The translations under genes and the position numbers were made by a program. A stretch of DNA of 64,000 nucleotides from an uncultured Gemmatimonadaceae bacterium (GTDB taxonomy: Bacteria > Gemmatimonadota > Gemmatimonadetes > Gemmatimonadales > Gemmatimonadaceae): contig CAWAGQ010000004.1 of NCBI GenBank assembly GCA_963781585.1, positions 32,001 to 96,000 of the forward strand, in the 5' to 3' direction. Each line of letters opens with the position of its first letter. Positions within the stretch are counted from its first letter, which is position 1. Shown piece by piece: positions 9,723 to 18,122 of the stretch. The notes beneath the pieces were generated by a model, which was given only the letters and a program-made list of their open reading frames with translations, was not told the DNA's origin and did not search any database.

Positions 9723-10349
9723 CTAGAGGCCCATGCGCAGCGTGAGCAGAGTCTGCCAGTGTCGTGCGACCGAGGACGCGTTGCCGGGCAGGTTCGTTCG
9801 CTCGTGCACCGCCAGGAGATACGAGGGCATGATCTCCAGCGCCCAGTCCCTCCCGAGCGGCACTCCGAACCCATATCCAGCGCTGAAGGCCAGATCCCGA
9901 TTCGGATGAGCTGGCGGCAGTGATACGTTGGTGTGATCCTGTGTGAAGCTGCCGTACTGCAGCACACCGGCGAAGAGCTGGAACACGCGGTACCACGAGC
10001 TCCCCGCGCCAACGCGCAGGATCGGTCCGTAGCTGGCAACGGTCGCATGCGCGTCGCATGAGCCGCACGTCGCGGACGAGTTGTAGCGGAGGGGCACGCG
10101 TACGTAGGTCAGTTGCACTCCAAGCGTTGCTCCACTGCCGAGCGAGCGCTCCAGCGAGACACGAAGCGGCCACCCGTTGCTGAAGTCCCAGTTCGAGTCC
10201 GTGCTCCCGTCGGCGACCCGTTGCATGACCAGGAGTCCGCCTGACATCGAGAGCCAGTATGACGGCTCTCGTGAGGAGTCGCCCGGCCGCTGCGCGTGTA
10301 CCGTGGGCGTCGCCATCGTCAGCGCCAGGAGAAGCGGGACGGATCGCAT
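9723..10349 (-). CDS. Secreted protein, probable small outer-membrane beta-barrel
   Basis: Signal peptide ending VHA-Q; alternating aromatic/hydrophobic strands; ends TLRMGL. Confidence 0.6.
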   Translation of the reverse strand: MRSVPLLLALTMATPTVHAQRPGDSSREPSYWLSMSGGLLVMQRVADGSTDSNWDFSNGWPLRVSLERSLGSGATLGVQLTYVRVPLRYNSSATCGSCDAHATVASYGPILRVGAGSSWYRVFQLFAGVLQYGSFTQDHTNVSLPPAHPNRDLAFSAGYGFGVPLGRDWALEIMPSYLLAVHERTNLPGNASSVARHWQTLLTLRMGL

Positions 10350-10417
10350 GGCGATATGATACCACCCGTGCGCCCGATCGTTCTGTCCGTGACTGTACCG
10401 GCACCCCCGCTCGCGCC

Positions 10418-11329
10418 ATGACCGACCTCCGCATGACGGAACGACGCAATCCGCGAACGTCCGAAATCGATCTCGCCTCGGCGATCGAGATCGTCGATCT
10501 GATGCACGCCGAGGATCACACGGTGGCGGGGGCGGTGGCCACGCAGCGGGAGCAGATTGCCCGCGCCATCGAGATCGTCGAAGAGGTATTCCGTGGTGGT
10601 GGCCGATTGTTCTACGTCGGTGCGGGCACCTCGGGGCGCCTGGGAATTCTCGACGCCAGCGAGTGTCCTCCCACGTTCGGGTCGGATCCCGATCTCGTTC
10701 AGGGGATCATCGCGGGCGGGCGCCCGGCTGTCTTTCGCTCCCAGGAGGGCGCCGAGGACCATCCGGAAAACGGCGGCAAGGCGTTGCATGAGCACGGGGT
10801 CACTTCTCGCGATGTCGTGGTCGGGATCGCGGCGTCAGGCACTACACCTTTCGTCCGCGGCGCCCTGGCGCACGCCGCCACCCTGCGCGCGCGCCGCGTG
10901 GTGATCGCGTGTACGCCCCTCGACCAGGATCTGCTGGAGCTGGTGGATGTGGCGATTGTTCCGGTGACCGGTCCCGAGGTGGTAACCGGGTCCACGCGGC
11001 TCAAGGCCGGGACCGCAACAAAGATGGTGCTCAACATGATTACGACCGGGGCCATGATTCGCATCGGCAAGACCTACGGGAATCTCATGGTCGATCTGCA
11101 GGCGACGAATCTGAAACTCAAGGATCGGAGCGAACGGATTCTCGTGGAGGTGTGCGGTATCTCGCGCGAGGAGGCACGGAAGCTGATCCCGCGCGCCGGT
11201 GGGAGCGTGAAGACAGCGATCGTGATGCAGAAACTGGGAGTGGAACGCGAAGGGGCCGAACGCCGGTTGTCCGAAGCTGGAGGCATGATTCGCCGGGTAG
11301 TGAGTGGGCCGCCTCCGGGGGACCCATGA
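10418..11329 (+). CDS. murQ: N-acetylmuramic acid 6-phosphate etherase
   Basis: TERRNP, YVGAGTSGRLG, DASECPPTFG, GPEVVTGSTRLKAGTA; start set at ATG 10418. Confidence 0.96.
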   Translation: MTDLRMTERRNPRTSEIDLASAIEIVDLMHAEDHTVAGAVATQREQIARAIEIVEEVFRGGGRLFYVGAGTSGRLGILDASECPPTFGSDPDLVQGIIAGGRPAVFRSQEGAEDHPENGGKALHEHGVTSRDVVVGIAASGTTPFVRGALAHAATLRARRVVIACTPLDQDLLELVDVAIVPVTGPEVVTGSTRLKAGTATKMVLNMITTGAMIRIGKTYGNLMVDLQATNLKLKDRSERILVEVCGISREEARKLIPRAGGSVKTAIVMQKLGVEREGAERRLSEAGGMIRRVVSGPPPGDP

Positions 11330-11402
11330 TTGCCGGCAGCTCCGCGCCCCCACGCCGTCGCGTAGGCGGCGCCGTGGTCGCGCCCCGCAGTCACGCATCG
11401 CC

Positions 11403-12563
11403 GTGACGGCCGGTCAGGCCATCCTGGATCCGCCCCCGATGGTTCTGGTCGGACTCATGTCCGGCACGTCGCTCGACGGAATCTCGTCGGTGGTCGTTCG
11501 ATTTCGGCCGCAGTCCGGGGGTGGGATCGAGGCCGAGCTCCTCGGCTTCCGGCAAGTTGCCTACTCGGCCGAGCAGCATGCGCGGCTATCCGGCGCGCTG
11601 ACCGGGACCTCGCCGGAGGAGTACACGCGTCTCGACTTCGACCTCGGTCACTGGCTTGCCGACGCGGCGCTGGCCGTGATCGCGGAGGCGGGTGTCGAGC
11701 GCAACCAGATCACGGCTGTGGCGTCTCATGGACAGACGGTGTGGCATGTGCCGGGCCACGCGACGTGGCAGCTCGGCGAAGCCGCGGTCATCGCCGAACG
11801 CACCGGGCTCGACGTCGTTTCCGATTTTCGCGTGCGGGACGTGGCGGCGGGAGGGCAGGGTGCGCCGCTGGTTCCGATGGCCGACGCGATGCTCTTCGCC
11901 CATCCGGCGCACTGGCGCGCGCTCCAGAACCTGGGCGGTATCGGGAACGTGACAGTCGCGCCGCCCGGCGGCGAGCTGGCGGGCGTGCGCGCGTTCGACA
12001 CCGGCCCGGGCGTGATCGTGATCGATGGCGTCATCCAGGCGCTGGTGCCGCCACGGCGCTTCGACCAGGACGGCGCCCTGGCCCGCTCCGGGAGCCCGCT
12101 GCCTAACGCGGTGGCGCGGGCGATGGCGCACCCCTTCTTCGCCTCGCCTCCGCCCCGCACCACCGGACGCGAATTGTTCTCGCCGGCGTTCATCGCGCGA
12201 TTCATCGCCGACTGTCGTGAGGAGTCGCCCGGCGCGACGGTCGCGGACATCGTCGCCAGCGCGGTTGCGTTGACCGCCGCGAGTATTGGCGATGCGTACA
12301 CCCGGTTCGTTCCCGAGCCGGTGTCCGAAGTGGTGGTGTCGGGTGGTGGGGCGCGCAACCCCGCGCTGATCGACGCGTTGGCCCGCTCCCTCGCTCCGCG
12401 TGCTGTCAGGTCCTTCTCGGATCTCTACTTCGATGGCGAGGCGAAGGAAGCAGTGGCCTTCGCACTCCTCGCGTACCTGCACCTCACGTCGCGCGCAGGA
12501 AACCTCCCGCTGGTCACCGGCGCCCGCGGCCCGCGCGTCCTCGGCAAGCACACCCCCAGATAG
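11403..12563 (+). CDS. anmK: Anhydro-N-acetylmuramic acid kinase
   Basis: GLMSGTSLDG, HGQTVWH, GGQGAPLVP, NLGGIGN, FDTGPG, AKEAVAFA; start uncertain. Confidence 0.95.
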   Translation: MTAGQAILDPPPMVLVGLMSGTSLDGISSVVVRFRPQSGGGIEAELLGFRQVAYSAEQHARLSGALTGTSPEEYTRLDFDLGHWLADAALAVIAEAGVERNQITAVASHGQTVWHVPGHATWQLGEAAVIAERTGLDVVSDFRVRDVAAGGQGAPLVPMADAMLFAHPAHWRALQNLGGIGNVTVAPPGGELAGVRAFDTGPGVIVIDGVIQALVPPRRFDQDGALARSGSPLPNAVARAMAHPFFASPPPRTTGRELFSPAFIARFIADCREESPGATVADIVASAVALTAASIGDAYTRFVPEPVSEVVVSGGGARNPALIDALARSLAPRAVRSFSDLYFDGEAKEAVAFALLAYLHLTSRAGNLPLVTGARGPRVLGKHTPR

Positions 12564-12603
12564 GGAGCGAAGCGGGCAGGTCCGTGCACAGGCTGGCCGC
12601 CGC

Positions 12604-13725
12604 CTACAGCTTCGAAAGCCACCTCCACAGCAACGCCGCCACCACGACCGCGCCGATCGCAGCGATCACGCGCACGTACAGTTCGCCTTGGCGACGCCTG
12701 GTCGGGGGCATCTGCGGGCTCGGTAGCAGAGGTCCCGCGCCCTCCAGCTGCGGCGGCGCGGGAGCCGGTGGCGCCGCAGGGATCTCGGCCGCCGGTGTGG
12801 GATGCTCCTCCGCGTAGACGCGGTATCCCACGGTGTCGCTGGGCTGGGGAAGCTCGAGGCCACTCCCCACAAACCGCGCCATCACCAGCGTGATGTTGTC
12901 AGGCCCTCCGCGGTCGTTGGCCAACGCAATGAGCCGATCGCATGCGGCGGCAAGGTCCGGTTCGTCGTTCACCTCCCGCGCAATCTCATCGCCCCTCACC
13001 AGGCCGGACAGGCCGTCGCTGCAAAGCACAAGCACGTCACCACGGCGAATGCGCTGGTGCGTGAGGTCGAGCGTGACGATCGGTTCGGGGCCGAGTGCCT
13101 GAAGGATGATATTGCGCCGCTCACTGTGGGCGGCCTCCTCCTCGGTCAGCTCCCCTGCCTCGATCAGCTTCTGCATCAGGGATTGATCCTTCGTGAGCTG
13201 CACGGCTTCACGACCACGGATGAGATAGGCGCGGCTGTCTCCCACCTGCGCGAGGTAGATCGTGTCGCCCAGCAATGCCGCGATGGTTGCCGTCGTTCCC
13301 ATGCCACGCAATTCCGGACTGCCGTGCGCGTAGCGGAAAATCGCCCAGTTCGCGACTTCGGCGGCCCTGGCGAGCGCAGCCACGAGTTCCGCGGGAGTCA
13401 CGCTCTCGCGGCTCGACAATTGCTCGCGCAAGTGTCGAAGGACCACGTCCACCGCGGTGGCGCTCGCGATCTCCCCGGCGGCCGCGCCGCCCATGCCATC
13501 GGCCACCATGAACAACGTTCCCGTGTGATCGGCTTTGCGCTCGACGACCCGCTCGAACCGCATCGCCTCGCCGCCGCTCAGATCCGCCACCAGATACGCA
13601 TCCTCGTTGTGATCGCGAGTCTGCCCGACGTCGGTCTGCGCGAAGGCCTGCACCATCACCGGTCCCGTCTCTTCGGGGACTAACGAGTCCTTTGGGACCA
13701 TGTATTCGCCGGTATTCGTCGCCAT
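12604..13725 (-). CDS. PP2C-family Ser/Thr phosphatase with C-terminal TM anchor
   Basis: TDVG..RDHNED, VADGMGG, GMGTT, VGDSRAY, LCSDGL, GGPDNIT; terminal hydrophobic helix. Confidence 0.95.
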   Translation of the reverse strand: MATNTGEYMVPKDSLVPEETGPVMVQAFAQTDVGQTRDHNEDAYLVADLSGGEAMRFERVVERKADHTGTLFMVADGMGGAAAGEIASATAVDVVLRHLREQLSSRESVTPAELVAALARAAEVANWAIFRYAHGSPELRGMGTTATIAALLGDTIYLAQVGDSRAYLIRGREAVQLTKDQSLMQKLIEAGELTEEEAAHSERRNIILQALGPEPIVTLDLTHQRIRRGDVLVLCSDGLSGLVRGDEIAREVNDEPDLAAACDRLIALANDRGGPDNITLVMARFVGSGLELPQPSDTVGYRVYAEEHPTPAAEIPAAPPAPAPPQLEGAGPLLPSPQMPPTRRRQGELYVRVIAAIGAVVVAALLWRWLSKL

Positions 13726-13854
13726 GGATGGGTCAGCGCAGCGGTATCATGGCCCACCGGCTCCGGGCGCGATTCCGGTCCGCCGGCGATGCAGCGGTGC
13801 GGCGCGCTGGAACGCTGGCGGGTGCTTCGACCCCGCCCTCACCCGGGAACGGCA

Positions 13855-15042
13855 TCACGACAGCTCCACCCGCAGCACCTGCTTCCCGAAGAGCAGCCGC
13901 TCTCCAGGATTCACGGCCCGTTCGCCGCGCAACAGCACCGCCACGCCATTCCTGCTCCCCACGTCGCGCACGGTGAACTGGTCGCCTTCGTCGTCCACGT
14001 CGGCGCGCACTTCCGCGTGGCGACCGCTCATCGTCGGATCGTACGGGAAAACCCAGTCGCCGTGATCGCGTCCGATGAGCACCGAGCGGCCGGACGACAG
14101 GTAGTGCACATCGCGCACCGTGCCGTCGGTTCGAAGTTGCTCGAGCATCGCCACATCGCGCCAGGGCGTGCGCGAACCGCCCGGCGTGTCGGAGGCGCCA
14201 TCGTCCGCCCCCCGTGGCGCGAGCAGGCGGAACCGGATCACCTGCGACCCGACAAGGAGCAGATCGCCGTCCAGCAGCTGATGAGGAGACATGATGAAGA
14301 TCCAGCTCCCGTTCGACGATCCCAGGTCGCGTACCCGCAGCGCGTTATCGCGCCAGATCAGGACGGCGTGCTCATCGGAGAGGGCATCGTCGTCCGAGAA
14401 CCGCAAGTCTCCCGCCGTGCGCCCCACCACGAGCTCGTCCCGGTCGATCGGGATCTCGTCCACAACGCCACCATGCTCGTCCAGAACCGCCAGTCGCGGA
14501 CCAGTGGAGTGTTGCCGGATCAGCGGCGTCATGCCACGACCGCGGGTCGCCGAAGCAGCCTCTGGCGAGTCCATGCCGCCACGCACCGGCACACCGCAGT
14601 TCGGGCAGAACGCGGCGTCACCAGCAATGTCAGAGTTGCCGCAAGCCTGGCACGTTGCCGGATCGCTCGAACTGAGGCTGGTGCGGAACCCGCAATGCGT
14701 ACAGAAGAGCAGTGTCCGTTCGATGGCGCGCCCACAGTGCGGGCAGGGCGCGGTGCGCAGCGCGCGCCCGGCACCGGAGGGTGACGCGGCCCGCTGCCCC
14801 GGAGTCGAAAACGGGTGCGCCCGGAGTGGCGGGTCGTCGGCCAGCGCCTTGGACCTCAGGATTGTCGACTCGCCCCCGTCATCCGCGGATGTGTGTCCGT
14901 CGGGCAGCGGCTGTCCGATCGCCCGGAACGGCGCGCCGCCGAGGGGAACCTCCACGTCGCGCGCGCTGAGACGCCATCCGCAGTATATGCAGTACCGGTG
15001 CCGTGATTCATTTGCGCGGCCACAGCCAGGGCATCGAGCCAC
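13855..15042 (-). CDS. Zinc-ribbon plus double FHA domain protein
   Basis: Three CxxC...CxxC ribbons; two FHA motifs (VGR...SDEHA...DLGSSNG; IGR...SGRHA...DVGSRNG). Confidence 0.88.
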   Translation of the reverse strand: MARCPGCGRANESRHRYCIYCGWRLSARDVEVPLGGAPFRAIGQPLPDGHTSADDGGESTILRSKALADDPPLRAHPFSTPGQRAASPSGAGRALRTAPCPHCGRAIERTLLFCTHCGFRTSLSSSDPATCQACGNSDIAGDAAFCPNCGVPVRGGMDSPEAASATRGRGMTPLIRQHSTGPRLAVLDEHGGVVDEIPIDRDELVVGRTAGDLRFSDDDALSDEHAVLIWRDNALRVRDLGSSNGSWIFIMSPHQLLDGDLLLVGSQVIRFRLLAPRGADDGASDTPGGSRTPWRDVAMLEQLRTDGTVRDVHYLSSGRSVLIGRDHGDWVFPYDPTMSGRHAEVRADVDDEGDQFTVRDVGSRNGVAVLLRGERAVNPGERLLFGKQVLRVELS

Positions 15043-15185
15043 AAAGGTCGTCGAAGAGGTCTACGCGAAAAAGCACCGCTCGGCAGGACGGCGCGAAATT
15101 GCCACAAAGAAGCGTACGGAGCAACCGCTGGGTCGGATTCGAGGATTCGCACAAACCATTCGTCCCGGCTACCTTGCGCCGGAGA

Positions 15186-17063
15186 ATGCCGAGGCGACTC
15201 CAAGCACTGCGAATCCTGTTGCCCGCGGGCGCTTTGGCGTGCGCCCCCGCAACCGTCACGCATGCCCCGGCGCCCCCCGCGCCTGCCCCGCCGAGCACAC
15301 CGGCAGCACGCAGTGACTCCGCTCCGGCGTCCCTGCCACCTGTTCCGCGGGTCACCGGCCCACTTGCCCTGCGCGTCGTCTACCCGCCCGAAGGCGCGCG
15401 GATCGCCGCTCGCGACTCGAACTTCATCTTCGGATCGGTCGGCAGCGGCGATGCCACGCTACGAATCAATGGAACTCTGGTTCCCGTGCGCCCGAACGGG
15501 AGCTTTCTGGCGTTCCTTTCGGTGACGTCGGCCGGAAGAGCGCGAGCGATCTATGACCTGATCGCCACGCGCGGCGAGGATACCGCGCGCCTAACGGTGC
15601 ATGTCTCGGCGCCATCGCCCCGCCTGGCCCTGAGCGCGGCCGACGGCCGGATCGTGGACAGCGCGAGCCTCGGGCCGCGCGCCGGGCTGGCGTTGACACG
15701 CTGGGAACCCGTTCTGGTGAGCCTTCGCGCATTGCAGAACGCCGCGGTCGAACTGCAGCTTGCGGACGGCAGCCGCGTGCCGCTGGTGCGCAGCCCGGAG
15801 TCGGACTTACGCGGCAGCGATTCCGATCTCTGGGCGGCCGAGGTCCCGGCCGTTCGCCTCAACAGTCAGGCGTGGATTTCCGTCGTCTACGGCCCGGATA
15901 GCGTGCGACTTCCCTTGCCGCGGATCGCCCTATCCGACTCCGCCGGAGCGCGCTACGCCGTCACCGGTTCATCGGCCGGCGCGGACGCGGACACCGATCG
16001 CGTGATCATCGCCCGTCCGGTGGAGGGTGGGACCTACAAGTGGTTTCTCCTGCCCGGCACGGTGGTCGAGGTGACCGGGCGCATCGGCGGCGCCGCGCGT
16101 GTGCGGCTCGACCGGGATCTGGAAGTCTTTGTCGACCCGGCCGAGCTGTCACCGCTGGCGCCGGGAGCCTCGGCGCCTCGTCGCGTGGCGGGAAACGCGC
16201 GCGTCGTGTCCGCGACCGATTGGAGCGATGTCCGCATCCCGCTCTCGGGGGTGCCCCCGTACGCGGTGGACGCCGAACCTGACGCCCTGGTGCTGACGCT
16301 GTTCGGCACCCGCGCGAACACCGACATCATCAACTATTCGTCGGCGGATTCGGTGATCCAGCGCGTGACCTGGCGCCAGGTGACCAGTGACCGTGCCGAA
16401 TATCGCGTGCAGCTTCGGCGTCCGCCCTTCGGCTACCTCGTGCTGTGGGAACGGAACGAACTGGTGCTGCGGGTACGGCGGCCCCCGCGTCCCGACGCCG
16501 CGCATCCGCTGGACGGCCTGGTCATCGCGGTGGATGCGGGACACCCGCCGGGTGGCGCGACCGGGCCGACCGGGCTGTACGAGCCGGTGGCAACGCTTGC
16601 CATTGCCGAGCGCGTGAAGACGTATCTGGAGCAGCGAGGAGCCCGCGTGGTCATGACCCGTACGGCGCCGGGGGCTGTGGCGCTTGCGGATCGTCCTATC
16701 ATGGCGCGGCGGGCAAACGCCGACGCGTTCGTATCGATTCACCTGAACGCGCTGCCCGACGGAGTGAATCCGTTCGCGGCAAACGGCACCGGAACCTACT
16801 ACTTCAACGTGTTCTCGGAACCGCTGGCTCGTGATGCGCAGCGCGGTATGGTGGCGCGAATGGGGCTTCGCGACCTTGGCGTGAACTACGACAACCTGGC
16901 GGTCCTTCGACCCACCTGGATGCCGTCGGTGTTGTGCGAGGGCGCATTCCTGATGATCCCGGAACAGGAGGCGGCGCTGCGCACGCCGGAGTTTCAGGAC
17001 GCCTACGCTCGAGGCGTCGCCGATGGCCTCGAAGCCTATTTCCGATCGCTGGCGCGGCCCTGA
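15186..17063 (+). CDS. N-acetylmuramoyl-L-alanine amidase (Amidase_3), probable lipoprotein
   Basis: VDAGH, FVSIHLNA, PSVLCEGAF; lipobox-like ALAC; ggaga upstream of ATG 15186. Confidence 0.9.
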   Translation: MPRRLQALRILLPAGALACAPATVTHAPAPPAPAPPSTPAARSDSAPASLPPVPRVTGPLALRVVYPPEGARIAARDSNFIFGSVGSGDATLRINGTLVPVRPNGSFLAFLSVTSAGRARAIYDLIATRGEDTARLTVHVSAPSPRLALSAADGRIVDSASLGPRAGLALTRWEPVLVSLRALQNAAVELQLADGSRVPLVRSPESDLRGSDSDLWAAEVPAVRLNSQAWISVVYGPDSVRLPLPRIALSDSAGARYAVTGSSAGADADTDRVIIARPVEGGTYKWFLLPGTVVEVTGRIGGAARVRLDRDLEVFVDPAELSPLAPGASAPRRVAGNARVVSATDWSDVRIPLSGVPPYAVDAEPDALVLTLFGTRANTDIINYSSADSVIQRVTWRQVTSDRAEYRVQLRRPPFGYLVLWERNELVLRVRRPPRPDAAHPLDGLVIAVDAGHPPGGATGPTGLYEPVATLAIAERVKTYLEQRGARVVMTRTAPGAVALADRPIMARRANADAFVSIHLNALPDGVNPFAANGTGTYYFNVFSEPLARDAQRGMVARMGLRDLGVNYDNLAVLRPTWMPSVLCEGAFLMIPEQEAALRTPEFQDAYARGVADGLEAYFRSLARP

Positions 17064-17090
17064 GGCCGCCTCTATTTCCTCGTCCCCGTC

Positions 17091-17600
17091 ATGTCCATCC
17101 ATCCGACCGCGTTCATTCACCCGCTTGCGTTCGTCTGCGGCAATGTCGCGTTAGGCGCGCAGGTGTCCATCTGGCCCTATGTGGTGGTTCGGGGCGACAC
17201 CGAGCCGATCGAGATCGGTGAGGAGTCGAACATCCAGGACGGGAGTGTCGTCCACGTCGACTACGGTTTCCCCACGCGAATCGGACGCCGGGTGGGGATC
17301 GGGCACCGCGCCATCATTCACGGTTCGTCGGTGGCTGACGACTGTCTCATCGGCATGGGTGCCATCCTGCTGAACGGCACCGAAGTGGGGAGCGGGTCCA
17401 TCGTGGCGGCGGGCGCTTTGTGCCGCGAGGGAATGCGCATTCCGCCGCGCTCTCTGGTGGTTGGCGTCCCCGGCAAGGTCATCCGGGAAACGACCGAGGC
17501 GGAACGCAGTCGTATTGCCGCGACTGTCGCTGCCTACCTGGAGCTCCAGGTGAGGCACCGCGCCAAGGTCTTCCCGCCTCTGCGGTCGGGCGGGGATTAG
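17091..17600 (+). CDS. Gamma-carbonic anhydrase family (hexapeptide repeat) protein
   Basis: VVRGD, SNIQDGSVVH, IGHRAIIHG, LIGMGA, GVPGK. Confidence 0.93.
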   Translation: MSIHPTAFIHPLAFVCGNVALGAQVSIWPYVVVRGDTEPIEIGEESNIQDGSVVHVDYGFPTRIGRRVGIGHRAIIHGSSVADDCLIGMGAILLNGTEVGSGSIVAAGALCREGMRIPPRSLVVGVPGKVIRETTEAERSRIAATVAAYLELQVRHRAKVFPPLRSGGD

Positions 17601-18122
17601 AGCGGTTCGGGACGAGATCGCCGATGCCGGCCGGAACCGGATCGACAACCTCCTCGTAATCATGACCGCCCTTTGGGGAGCGCGCGGTCAGTTAGTACGC
17701 GGCCCGTGTGTCCAGGCAAGGGCCGTAGGTTGCGTCGCCGACCTGGCGCGCACTGCAGTGGAGGCTGATGTCGCTCGATCGGGTTGCGCAGCGGCGCGGT
17801 CACACCTGTAAGTGACGTTCTGACAGCATGGTATGTTGGTTCTGACACCTTTGTCGGCGCCAGAGCCACTCAGTCAGCCGCAGAGGGAATGTTCATGCCG
17901 GTGTCGAAGCCGGGGCATTTGGTGGAATTCGCTTCACCCCCTGACATTCGTGACCACAAGATTGTAAATTATTGTCACGTAACGGTTTCAGCAGACACTG
18001 GCGTGGACTCACAGGTGGGGCTATGATGCGCCCCCGCGCAAATCCGGTCGCCTCTCTGGATTTGCGCTCGTCGTTTCTGAGGGGGCGGGTAAATTAGCCT
18101 GACGTCGGGAGGATCATTCGAG

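Noticed and set aside
17601..18122. Cobalamin riboswitch or NrdR boxes before nrdJ
   Set aside because: No B12-box/GGGAA core; CACAAGATTGT is only a partial NrdR match
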